Positions 36,901 through 50,031 of a stretch of 64,000 nucleotides of DNA are shown here, piece by piece (position 1 is the stretch's first letter; each line of letters opens with the position of its first letter). The translations under genes and the position numbers were made by a program. The DNA comes from Eledone cirrhosa. Its lineage: Eukaryota. The stretch is from assembly GCA_964016885.1 (NCBI GenBank), contig OZ024743.1:377642001-377706000 (forward strand). The letters are read 5' to 3'. Below the pieces are notes generated by a model. That model ran no database searches. It was not told the origin of the DNA and was given only the letters and a program-made list of their open reading frames with translations.

Positions 36901-39900
36901 CCACAGCCCAAGACTAATGCTCTAACAATTCTTCCAATGCCCCACAGCCCAATACTAATGCTCCAACAACTCTTGCAATGCCCCACAGCCCAAGACTAAT
37001 GCTCTAACAATTCTTCCAATGACCCACAGCCCAAGACTAATGCTCTAACAACTCTTTCAATGCTCCACAGCCCAAGACTAATGCTCTAACAACACTTCCA
37101 ATGACCCACAGCCCAAGACTAATGCTCTAACAACTCTTCCAATGCCCCACAGCCCAAGACTAATGCTCTAACAACTCTTCCAATGCCCCACAGCCCAAGA
37201 CTAATGCTCTAACAACTCTTCCAATGCTCCACAGCCCAAGACTAATGCTCTAACAATTCTTCCAATGACCCACAGCCCAAGACTAATGCTCTAACAATTC
37301 TTCCAATGACCCACAGCCCAAGACTAATGCTCTAACAATTCTTCCAATGACCCACAGCCCAAGACTAATGCTCTGACAATTCTTCCAATGACCCACAGCC
37401 CAAGACTAATGCTCTAACAATTCTTCCAATGACCCACAGCCCAAGACTAATGCTCTAACAACTCTTCCAATGCTCCACAGCCCAAGAATAATGCTCCAAC
37501 AACTCTTCCAATGCCCCACATCCCAAGAATAATGCTCTAACAACTCTTCCAATGCCCCACAGCCCAAGACTAATGCTCCAACAACTCTTCCAATGCCCCA
37601 CATCCCAAGAATAATGCTCTAACAATTCTTCCAATGCTCCACAGCCCAAGACTAATGCTCCAACAACTCTTCCAATGCCCCACATCCCAAGAATAATGCT
37701 CTAACAATTCTTCCAATGCTCCACAGCCCAAGACTAATGCTCCAACAACTCTTCCAATGACCCACATCCCAAGAATAATGCTCTAACAACTCTTCCAATG
37801 CCCCACAGCCCAAGAATAATGCTCTAACAACTCTTCCAATGCCCCACATCCCAAGAATAATGCTCTAACAATTCTTCCAATGCCCCACATCCCAAGAATA
37901 ATGCTCTAACAACTCTTCCAATGCCCCACAGCCCAAGACTAATGCTCTAACAACTCTTCCAATGCCCCACAGCCCAAGAATAATGCTCTAATAATTCTTC
38001 CAATGCTCCACAGCCCAAGACTAATGCTCTAACAACTCTTCCAATGCCCCACAGCCCAAGACTAATGCTCTAACAACTCTTCCAATGCTCCACAGCCCAA
38101 GAATAATGCTCTAACAACTCTTCCAATGCCCCACAGCCCAAGACTAATGCTCCAACAACTCTTCCAATGCTCCACATCCCAAGACTAATGCTCTAACAAC
38201 TCTTCCAATGCCCCACAGCCCAAGACTAATGCTCCAACAACTCTTCCAATGCGCCACATCCCAAGACTAATGCTCTAACAACTCTTCCAATGCTCCACAG
38301 CCCAAGACTAATGCTCTAACAACTCTTCCAATGCTCCACAGCCCAAGACTAATGCTCCAACAACTCTTCCAATGCTCCACATCCCAAGACTAATGCTCTA
38401 ACAACTCTTCCAATGCCCCACAGCCCAAGAATAATGCTCCAACAACTCTTCCAATGACCCACAGCCCAAGACTAATGCTCTAACAACTCTTCCAATGCCC
38501 CACAGCCCAAGAATAATGCTCCAACAACTCTTCCAATGCCCCACAGCCCAAGACTAATGCTCTAACAACTCTTCCAATGCCCCACAGCCCAAGACTAATG
38601 CTCTAACAACTCTTCCAATGCGCCACATCCCAAGACTAATGCTTCAACAACTCTTCCAATGCGCCACATCCCAAGACTAATGCTCTAACAACTCTTCCAA
38701 TGCCCCACAGCCCAAGACTAATGCTCTAACAACTCTTCCAATGCTCCACAGCCCAAGACTAATGCTCTAACACCTCTTCCAATGCGCCACATCCCAAGAC
38801 TAATGCTCTAACAACTCTTCCAATGACCCACAGCCCAAGACTAATGCTCTAACAACTCTTCCAATGCCCCACAGCCCAAGACTAATGCTCTAACAACTCT
38901 TCCAATGCTCCACAGCCCAAGAATAATGCTCTAACAACTCTTCCAATGCGCCACATCCCAAGACTAATGCTCTAACAATTCTTCCAATGCGCCACATCCC
39001 AAGACTAATGCTCTAACAACTCTTCCAATGCTCCACAGCCCAAGACTAATGCTCTAACAACTCTTCCAATGCGCCACATCCCAAGACTAATGCTCTAACA
39101 ACTCTTCCAATGCGCCACATCCCAAGACTAATGCTCTAACAACTCTTCCAATGCGCCACATCCCAAGACTAATGCTCTAACAACTCTTCCAATGCCCCAC
39201 AGCCCAAGACTAATGCTCCAACAACTCTTCCAATGCCCCACAGCCCAAGACTAATGCTCTAACAATTCTTTCAATGCTCCACATCCCAAGACTAATGCTC
39301 TAACAATTCTTTCAATGCTCCACAGCCCAAGACTAATGCTCTAACAATTCTTTCAATGCTCCACATCCCAAGACTAATGCTCTAACAATTCTTTCAATGC
39401 TCCACAGCACAAGACTAATGCTCTAACAATTCTTTCAATGCTCCACATCCCAAGACTAATGCTCTAACAATTCTTTCAATGCTCCACAGCCCAAGACTAA
39501 TGCTCTAACAACTCTTCCAATGACCCACCACCACAAGTTAATGCTCTAACAACTCTTCCAATGACCCACAGCCCAAGACTAATGCTCTAACAACTCTTCC
39601 AATGACCCACAGCCCAAGACTAATGCTCTAACAACTCTTCCAATGCCCCACAGCCCAAGACTAATGCTCTAACAACTCTTCCAATGCCCCACAGCCCAAG
39701 ACTAATGCTCTAACAACTCTTCCAATGCCCCACAGCCCAAGACTAATGCTCTAACAATCTTCCAATGCTCCACAGCCCAAGACTAATGCTCTAACAACTC
39801 TTCCAATGCCCCACAGCCCAAGACTAATGCTCTAACAATTCTTCCAATGACCCACAGCCCAAGACTAATGCTCTAACAATTCTTCCAATGACCCACAGCC

Positions 39901-42900
39901 CAAGACTAATGCTCTAACAACTCTTCCAATGCCCCACAGCCCAAGACTAATGCTCTAACAATCTTCCAATGCTCCACAGCCCAAGACTAATGCTCTAACA
40001 ACTCTTCCAATGCCCCACAGCCCAAGACTAATGCTCTAACAATTCTTCCAATGACCCACAGCCCAAGACTAATGCTCTAACAACTCTTCCAATGCCCCAC
40101 AGCCCAAGACTAATGCTCTAACAATCTTCCAATGCTCCACAGCCCAAGACTAATGCTCTAACAACTCTTCCAATGCCCCACAGCCCAAGACTAATGCTCT
40201 AACAATTCTTCCAATGACCCACAGCCCAAGACTAATGCTCTAACAATTCTTCCAATGACCCACAGCCCAAGACTAATGCTCTAACAACTCTTCCAATGCC
40301 CCACAGCCCAAGACTAATGCTCTAACAACTCTTTCAATGCTCCACAGCCCAAGACTAATGCTCTAACAACACTTCCAATGACCCACAGCCCAAGACTAAT
40401 GCTCTAACAACTCTTCCAATGCCCCACAGCCCAAGACTAATGCTCTAACAACTCTTCCAATGCCCCACAGCCCAAGACTAATGCTCTAACAATCTTCCAA
40501 TGCTCCACAGCCCAAGACTAATGCTCTAACAATTCTTCCAATGACCCACAGCCCAAGACTAATGCTCTAACAACTCTTCCAATGCCCCACAGCCCAAGAC
40601 TAATGCTCTAACAATCTTCCAATGCTCCACAGCCCAAGACTAATGCTCTAACAACTCTTCCAATGCCCCACAGCCCAAGACTAATGCTCTAACAATTCTT
40701 CCAATGACCCACAGCCCAAGACTAATGCTCTAACAATTCTTCCAATGACCCACAGCCCAAGACTAATGCTCTAACAACTCTTCCAATGCCCCACAGCCCA
40801 AGACTAATGCTCTAACAACTCTTTCAATGCTCCACAGCCCAAGACTAATGCTCTAACAACACTTCCAATGACCCACAGCCCAAGACTAATGCTCTAACAA
40901 CTCTTCCAATGCCCCACAGCCCAAGACTAATGCTCTAACAACTCTTCCAATGCCCCACAGCCCAAGACTAATGCTCTAACAACTCTTCCAATGCTCCACA
41001 GCCCAAGACTAATGCTCTAACAACTCTTCCAATGACCCACAGCCCAAGACTAATGCTCTAACAATTCTTCCAATGACCCACAGCCCAAGACTAATGCTCT
41101 AACAATTCTTCCAATGCCCCACAGCCCAAGACTAATGCTCTAACAACTCTTCCAATGCCCCACAGCCCAAGAATAATGCTCCAACAACTCTTCCAATGCT
41201 CCACAGCCCAAGAATAATGCTCCAACAACTCTTCCAATGCCCCACATCCCAAGAATAATGCTCTAACAACTCTTCCAATGCCCCACAGCCCAAGACTAAT
41301 GCTCCAACAACTCTTCCAATGCCCCACATCCCAAGAATAATGCTCTAACAATTCTTCCAATGCTCCACAGCCCAAGACTAATGCTCCAACAACTCTTCCA
41401 ATGCCCCACATCCCAAGAATAATGCTCTAACAATTCTTCCAATGCTCCACAGCCCAAGACTAATGCTCCAACAACTCTTCCAATGACCCACATCCCAAGA
41501 ATAATGCTCTAACAACTCTTCCAATGCCCCACAGCCCAAGAATAATGCTCTAACAACTCTTCCAATGCCCCACATCCCAAGAATAATGCTCTAACAATTC
41601 TTCCAATGCCCCACATCCCAAGAATAATGCTCTAACAACTCTTCCAATGCCCCACAGCCCAAGACTAATGCTCTAACAACTCTTCCAATGCCCCACAGCC
41701 CAAGAATAATGCTCTAACAATTCTTCCAATGCTCCACAGCCCAAGACTAATGCTCTAACAACTCTTCCAATGCCCCACAGCCCAAGACTAATGCTCTAAC
41801 AACTCTTCCAATGCTCCACAGCCCAAGAATAATGCTCTAACAACTCTTCCAATGCCCCACAGCCCAAGACTAATGCTCCAACAACTCTTCCAATGCTCCA
41901 CATCCCAAGACTAATGCTCTAACAACTCTTCCAATGCCCCACAGCCCAAGACTAATGCTCCAACAACTCTTCCAATGCCCCACAGCCCAAGACTAATGCT
42001 CCAACAACTCTTCCAATGCTCCACATCCCAAGACTAATGCTCTAACAACTCTTCCAATGCTCCACAGCCCAAGACTAATGCTCTAACAACTCTTCCAATG
42101 CTCCACAGCCCAAGACTAATGCTCCAACAACTCTTCCAATGCTCCACATCCCAAGACTAATGCTCTAACAACTCTTCCAATGCCCCACAGCCCAGAATAA
42201 TGCTCTAACAACTCTTCCAATGCGCCACATCCCAAGACTAATGCTCTAACAACTCTTCCAATGCTCCACAGCCCAAGACTAATGCTCTAACAACTCTTCC
42301 AATGCTCCACATCCCAAGACTAATGCTCCAACAACTCTTCCAATGCTCCACATCCCAAGAATAATGCTCCAACAACTCTTCCAATGACCCACAGCCCAAG
42401 ACTAATGCTCTAACAACTCTTCCAATGCTCCACAGCCCAAGACTAATGCTCCAACAACTCTTCCAATGCTCCACATCCCAAGACTAATGCTCTAACAACT
42501 CTTCCAATGCCCCACAGCCCAAGAATAATGCTCTAACAACTCTTCCAATGCGCCACATCCCAAGACTAATGCTCTAACAACTCTTCCAATGCTCCACAGC
42601 CCAAGACTAATGCTCCAACAACTCTTCCAATGCTCCACATCCCAAGAATAATGCTCCAACAACTCTTCCAATGACCCACAGCCCAAGACTAATGCTCTAA
42701 CAACTCTTCCAATGCGCCACATCCCAAGACTAATGCTTCAACAACTCTTCCAATGCGCCACATCCCAAGACTAATGCTCTAACAACTCTTCCAATGACCC
42801 ACATCCCAAGACTAATGCTCTAACAACTCTTCCAATGCCCCACAGCCCAAGACTAATGCTCTAACAACTCTTCCAATGCTCCACAGCCCAAGACTAATGC

Positions 42901-45900
42901 TCTAACAACTCTTCCAATGCGCCACATCCCAAGACTAATGCTCTAACAACTCTTCCAATGACCCACAGCCCAAGACTAATGCTCTAACAACTCTTCCAAT
43001 GCCCCACAGCCCAAGACTAATGCTCTAACAACTCTTCCAATGCTCCACAGCCCAAGAATAATGCTCTAACAACTCTTCCAATGCGCCACATCCCAAGACT
43101 AATGCTCTAACAACTCTTCCAATGCGCCACATCCCAAGACTAATGCTCTAACAACTCTTCCAATGCGCCACATCCCAAGACTAATGCTCTAACAACTCTT
43201 CCAATGTGCCACATCCCAAGACTAATGCTCTAACAACTCTTCCAATGCCCCACAGCCCAAGACTAATGCTCCAACAACTCTTCCAATGCCCCACAGCCCA
43301 AGACTAATGCTCTAACAATTCTTTCAATGCTCCACATCCCAAGACTAATGCTCTAACAATTCTTTCAATGCTCCACAGCGCAAGACTAATGCTCTAACAA
43401 TTCTTTCAATGCTCCACATCCCAAGACTAATGCTCTAACAATTCTTTCAATGCTCCACAGCCCAAGACTAATGCTCTAACAATTCTTTCAATGCTCCACA
43501 GCCCAAGACTAATGCTCTAACAACTCTTCCAATGCTCCACATCCCAAGACTAATGCTCTAACAACTCTTCCAATGCTCCACATCCCAAGACTAATGCTCT
43601 AACAACTCTTCCAATGACCCACAGCCCAAGACTAATGCTCTAACAACTCTTCCAATGACCCACAGCCCAAGACTAATGCTCCAACAACTCTTCCAATGCT
43701 CCACATCCCAAGACTAATGCTCTAACAACTCTTCCAATGCCCCACAGCCCAAGACTAATGCTCCAACAACTCTTCCAATGCTCCACATCCCAAGACTAAT
43801 GCTCTAACAACTCTTCCAATGCTCCACATCCCAAGACTAATGCTCTAACAACTCTTCCAATGCTCCACATCCCAAGACTAATGCTCTAACAACTCTTCCA
43901 ATGCTCCACAGCCCAAGACTAATGCTCTAACAACTCTTCCAATGCTCCACATCCCAAGACTAATGCTCTAACAACTCTTCCAATGCTCCACATCCCAAGA
44001 CTAATGCTCTAACAACTCTTCCAATGCTCCACATCCCAAGACTAATGCTCTAACAACTCTTCCAATGCTCCACATCCCAAGACTAATGCTCTAACAACTC
44101 TTCCAATGCCCCACAGCCCAAGACTAATGCTCCAACAACTCTTCCAATGCTCCACATCCCAAGACTAATGCTCTAACAACTCTTCCAATGCTCCACATCC
44201 CAAGACTAATGCTCTAACAACTCTTTCAATGCTCCACAGCCCAAGACTAATGCTCTAATAACTCTTCCAATGCCCCACAACCCAAGAATAATGCTCTAAC
44301 AACTCTTCCAATGCCCCACATCCCAAGACTAATGCTCTAACAATTCTTTCATTGCTCTACAGCCCAAGACTAATGCTCTAACAACTCTTCCAATGACCCA
44401 CAGCCCAAGACTAATGCTCTAACAATTCTTTCAATGCTCCACAGCCCAAGACTGATGCTCTAATAACTCTTCCAATGACCCACAGCCCAAGACTAATGCT
44501 CCAACAACTCTTCCAATGACCCACAGCCCAAGACTAATGCTCTAACAATTCTTTCAATGCTCTACAGCCCAAGACTAATGCTCTAACAACTCTTCCAATG
44601 ACCCACAGCCCAAGACTAATGCTCTAACAATTCTTTCAATGCTCCACAGCCCAAGACTAATGCTCTAACAACTCTTCCAATGACCCACATCCCAAGAATA
44701 ATGCTCTAACAACTCTTCCAATGCCCCACATCCCAAGACTAATGCTCTAACAATTCTTTCAATGCTCCACAGCCCAAGACTAATGCTCTAACAACTCTTC
44801 CAATGCCCCACATCCCAAGACTAATGCTCTAACAACTCTTCCAATGCTCCACATCCCAAGACTAATGCTCTAACAACTCTTCCAATGACCCACAGCCCAA
44901 GACTAATGCTCTAACAACTCTTCCAATGACCCACAGCCCAAGACTAATGCTCTAACAATTCTTTCAATGCTCCACAGCCCAAGACTAATGCTCTAACAAC
45001 TCTTCCAATGACCCACATCCCAAGAATAATGCTCTAACAACTCTTCCAATGCCCCACATCCCAAGACTAATGCTCTAACAATTCTTTCAATGCTCCACAG
45101 CCCAAGACTAATGCTCTAACAACTCTTCCAATGACCCACATCCCAAGACTAATGCTCTAACAACTCTTCCAATGACCCACAGCCCAAGACTAATGCTCTA
45201 ATAACTCTTCCAATGACCCACAGCCCAAGACTAATGCTCTAACAACTCTTCCAATGACCCACAGCCCAAGACTAATGCTCTAACAACTCTTCCAATGACC
45301 CACATCCCAAGACTAATGCTCTAACAACTCTTCCAATGACCCACAGCCCAAGACTAATGCTCTAACAACTCTTCCAATGACCCACATCCCAAGACTAATG
45401 CTCTAACAACACTTCCAATGACCCACGGCCCAAGACTAATGCTCTAACAACTCTTCCAATGCTCCACATCCCAAGACTAATGCTCTAACAACTCTTCCAA
45501 TGACCCACATCCCAAGACTAATGCTCTAACAACACTTCCAATGACCCACGGCCCAAGACTAATGCTCTAACAACTCTTCCAATGCTCCACATCCCAAGAC
45601 TAATGCTCTAACAACTCTTCCAATGCCCCACATCCCAAGACTAATGCTCTAACAACTCTTCCAATGCTCCACATCCCAAGACTAATGCTCTAACAACACT
45701 TCCAATGACCCACGGCCCAAGACTAATGCTCTAACAAATCTTCCAATGACCCACAGCCCAAGACTAATGCTCTAACAACTCTTCCAATGCTCCACAGCCC
45801 AAGACTAATGCTCTAACAACTCTTCCAATGCCCCACAGCCCAAGAATAATGCTCTAACAACTCTTCCAATGCTCCACAGCCCAAGACTAATGCTCCACAG

Positions 45901-46666
45901 CCCAAGACTAATGCTCCACAGCCCAAGACTAATGCTCTAACAACTCTTCCAATGCTCCACATCCCAAGACTAATGCTCTAACAAGTCTTCCAATGCTCCA
46001 CATCCCAAGACTAATGCTCTAACAACTCTTCCAATGCTCCACATCCCAAGACTAATGCTCCAACAACTCTTCCAATGCTCCACAGCCCAAGACTAATACT
46101 CTAACAACTCTTCCAATGACCCACAGCCCAAGACTAATGCTCCAACAACTCTTCCAATGACCCACAGCCCAAGACTAATGCTCCAACAACTCTTCCAATG
46201 ACCCACAGCCCAAGACTAATGCTCCAACAACTCTTCCAATGACCCACAGCCCAAGACTAATGCTCTAACAACTCTTCCAATGCCCCACAGCCCAAGACTA
46301 ATGCTCTAACACTCTTCCAATGACCCACAGCCCAAGACTAATGCTCTAACACTCTTCCAATGCCCCACAGCCCAAGACTAATGCTCTAACAACTCTTCCA
46401 ATGCCCCACAGCCCAAGACTAATGCTCTAACAACTCTTCCAATGCCCCACAGCCCAAAACTAATGCTCTAACAACTCTTCCAATGACCCACCACCACAAG
46501 TTAATGCTCTAACAACTCTTCCAATGACCCACAGCCCAAGACTAATGCTCTAACAACTCTTCCAATGACCCACCACCACAAGTTAATGCTCTAACAACTC
46601 TTCCAATGACCCACAGCCCAAGACTCATGCTCTAACAACTCTTCCAATGACCCACAACCCAAGACT
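27971..46666. repeat. 41-bp satellite/minisatellite array, ~18.7 kb, ~455 monomers
   Basis: Consensus aatgctctaacaactcttccaatg(ac/cc/ct/cg)ccaca(g/t)cccaaga(c/a)t repeated head-to-tail without spacers; occasional 40-bp and 21-bp deletion monomers. Confidence 0.99.
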
Positions 46667-46835
46667 TTAACAACCCCCGAAATTTGAAAGCAAAATTTCA
46701 ACTCAAAATCCCAGGAACTAGAACAAATATATTTCATGCAATGCTCTATCAATTCAACACTGTAGACTTAGTGCATACAAGCACTGACAAGAACCTCAAT
46801 AAAGGTGTCATTCCTTATTACAAGAACACATTATG

Positions 46836-47170
46836 GAGGCACATGGCTTAATGGTTAGAGCATTGGGCTTGCAATCGAAAGGTTGTGAGTTCAATTCTCT
46901 GACCGGGTGATGTGTTGTTTCCTTGAGCAAGACACTTTATTTCACATTGCTCCAGTTTACTCAGCTGTAGAAATGAGATGATAGGGACTGGGGTCCCTAT
47001 CATTCCACTGCAAAGTGGTCGTGGAGGTGCCACGCCAAAAAAGCACCCAGCACTCACTGTAAATGAGGTTGGTGTTAGGAAGGGCATCCAGCTGTAGAAA
47101 TCAAGCCAGAATCAGTTCCCGTCCCACCCTTGCAAGCAGGGAAAAGCGGACGTAAAATGAAATGATGATG
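46836..47170 (+). mobile_element. tRNA-derived SINE head joined to an RTE subfamily A 3' tail
   Basis: Head ggcacatggcttaatggttagagc..gagttcaattc, CORE-like ccttgagcaagacacttta; 47005-47122 is near-identical to parts of 10045-10210; ends gatgatg. Confidence 0.75.
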
Positions 47171-48699
47171 AAAATGACATGAAAGGTATAGAATGAACAC
47201 TGGATACATTTAACTCTTAACCCTTCCATCCAGCTGTAAAGAAACAGCCAAACAAACGGACAGAAGGACTCAAGACATGACTACCTCCCTAGTGTTGATA
47301 TCACAATAAAATACATGCAGTTGTGCATGGGATCATAATTTGCGTTCATCTGAGTACTCGGTAGAGTGTAGGGGCATATGTAAACAAGACACAAGCTGTT
47401 TATCCATCTGTGGAGTAAGTTCCTCCACTTGAGTACCATCCTGGTCCTCTGACAACCACTCTAACCCTTGCTAGGGAGGGAAAATAGATATTAAACAATG
47501 GAGATAATGATATCAAACAACCTAAGATTTATGATACAAAACTGATTATTTTTAAATGTTTATTATAATCTTTCAACAATTTTATCAAAGAAAATGTTCA
47601 AAAGTAATATCCTAAAAAAAAATTTAAAAAAAACACATTTTATTAGATTCCTCCAAATTTTTGGTTATTTTCGAAATTAATTAAAACCCATGGGCAGTGT
47701 ATTTCATTAGAAATACAGTAATGAAAGGGTGAACATTCTATACATGAAACCACATTAGCAAAACATTCTTGAAAAGTACTAGACAACATAGCATCAAATT
47801 AAAAATTGAAGTCTTTAGTCAAATATCCACTAGTAAAGACACTATAAACATTTGAATCAACAGACCCCTATCTTTGTAGATATTTTTTACTGAGTCATTA
47901 CAGGATGTTAAGAGTTAAAAAGCTAAAAACAGCTGAAAATTCATTTGAGATTAACTTGAGGCCAGTTTTTAAATTGAAGACAGGCTTCATATTGGACAGC
48001 AATGAATATTACATATGAAATGTATCCAGTCTACCCCGTAAATTAGAGTGCTGGAGCCACAATACAATGCACCTAGTCCACCCTCTAAAATGGTAGTGCT
48101 GGTGCCACGATAAAACACAGCCATTCCACTTTCTAAATTCTACTAAATGCATCCCCAAATAGCAGCCCGCCCCAAACCGCCTTTGGCTCTATCAAATGGT
48201 GCAATGTATTTTAAAGAGTTCTTATTTCAATCTAACATAATTTCATATAAGAACCTTTTATCAAGTTATGTTACAACAAATATCTTAATAATTTCATAAT
48301 TAATAATTTTAGTAAATAACTTCAAACTCTTCATTAATTAATTCAAATACAGTGATTTCATTAGAAACATGGTAATGAAAGGGTTAAACCAGATGAAAAA
48401 TTAAGTCTATATCCCAAAATTCAGAATAAATACCATATTCAACAATTCCACAGTCCTGAACTGGTACTCTGTTTTACCAACCTTGATAGTATGAAAGGCA
48501 AAATTGACCGTGGCAAGATTTGAACTCTCAAGAGCAGAGAACCCTAACAAAAACTGCAAATCATTGTCCTTTGTCCTCACATCTTTCAATTAAAAAACAA
48601 TTTGTTTTAAATAAAAACAGGGGACTGCCTAAATGTAAATGTGAAATCATCAGGAAAATATAGGATTGTAGAAAATCTGAAAGCTAAATTTATAAAATT

Positions 48700-49120
48700 A
48701 AGATATAATTGATGCCTATGTGTGATGTGCAATGTTGCATGGTAGTGAGAGATGGGCAGTGAATGCAGAGGCTGGAGAGAAATGAAGTGAGCATGCTCCA
48801 TTCAATGTGAAGTGTTAATATGGATGAACTAGAAAGCATGAATGAGCTGAGAGAAAAACTAGATATAAGAAAAATCAAATAGTGTGCAGAAGAAGATTGC
48901 TCTGGTATAGACATGGATGGTGAGCAAGAAATCTCAGTAGAAGAAAGCTGCAATAGAGGGGGGGTCAAGGAAGATCTGAGCAGAGTTTGTGAGAGCTGAT
49001 CTCAAGTCACTGAAGTTCAAAAAGGAGATGACGAAGGACTACTTCAGGTGGAGGAATGCTGTACTAGAAAAGTCTCGTTTAACCCATGTAAGCATGGAAA
49101 AGTGAACGTAAAATGATGAT
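48700..49120 (+). mobile_element. Degenerate RTE 3' fragment
   Basis: gcaatgttgcatggtagtgag (AMLHGSE), LERNEVSML, NELREKLDIR and an RTE-type tail ending atgatgat. Confidence 0.75.
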
Positions 49121-49166
49121 TATATAGATACCAAACTGCCTGAAACAACCTTCGATTTATGATATA

Positions 49167-50031
49167 CTAGCAGTAAAGCCCGGCGTTGCTCGGGGTCGCT
49201 CAGTAGCTGTGTTAAAGTTACAATGTTAAGTTTCTTTCTTGACTTAAAAACTGTAGTGTCTACTGTGCAGACTTGCATGTGGTGTTTTTGATTAATATTC
49301 CCTCAACCAACAATATGCCTTATGAAGTTAAGAAAACATAACGATAACCCGAATGTTATAACAAAAGAGGATGCTGGGGATAGAAACTGCACTGGTTATT
49401 TATTAACAAAGATCGAAAATGTAAACACTGCAACGCAGAGAAAAACATTAGCGTAACCAAATTATCAGTTATGTCTGTCTGCACGCCTATATCACCTCTC
49501 TGCACGCCTATATCACCTCTCTGCACGACTGTGTCTGCACGCCTATATCACCTCTCTGCACGCGTATATCACCTCTCTGCACGACTGTCTGTCTGCACGC
49601 CTAACGACGAAATATTTGCTTGTTTTACGTAGTCTTTAAATAGACTTGTTTTCAAGTAAAAATATTGTTTTAAAATGCTTTTAAATGGAAATGAAGCAAA
49701 ACGGAAGCTTAGTGTTCGACCTGATGAATTTTGCAGGTCAATATTTTGCTGGCTCGACAACTGTTAAAGCCAGCGTAATTGTTTACGTAAGACGCTCAAT
49801 GTAAACAGAACAAAGGGAAATAACTGATAACTTACGCTCAAAAATCGATACATTATATTCGATTTCGTCACATAGGGTGGGTCAATTTGAAATTTTTTTT
49901 TTTCCGATGTCTTCGCTAGGGCTCAATGTACAAGTATAGCAATTTCGGTGCAATTCCGTGAGAGATTCTAAGAGGAGATGTGTGCCAAAAATCGATAGAC
50001 AGACAGACAACCACAGTTTTATATATATAGA
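49167..50031 (-). mobile_element. Non-autonomous Helitron, 865 bp
   Basis: Minus strand begins A|TCtatatatataaaa with a (GTCT)n tract and ends with the hairpin cccgagcaacgccggg, 8 nt, then CTAG|T; no TSD; more CpG-rich than its flanks. Confidence 0.85.
49472..49602. repeat. Minisatellite inside the Helitron
   Basis: 21-bp unit ctgcacgcctatatcacctct alternating with ctgcacgactgt(c/g)t. Confidence 0.85.

Noticed and set aside
33757-42722. Minus-strand ORFs repeating WGIGRVVRALVLGCGALEELLEHYSWDVGHWKSC
   Set aside because: Translations of the 41-bp satellite; the period is not a multiple of 3, so all frames cycle and openness depends on which variants remove TAG
27971-46666. CRISPR array
   Set aside because: Monomers are contiguous with no unique spacers, there are no cas genes, and the context is eukaryotic
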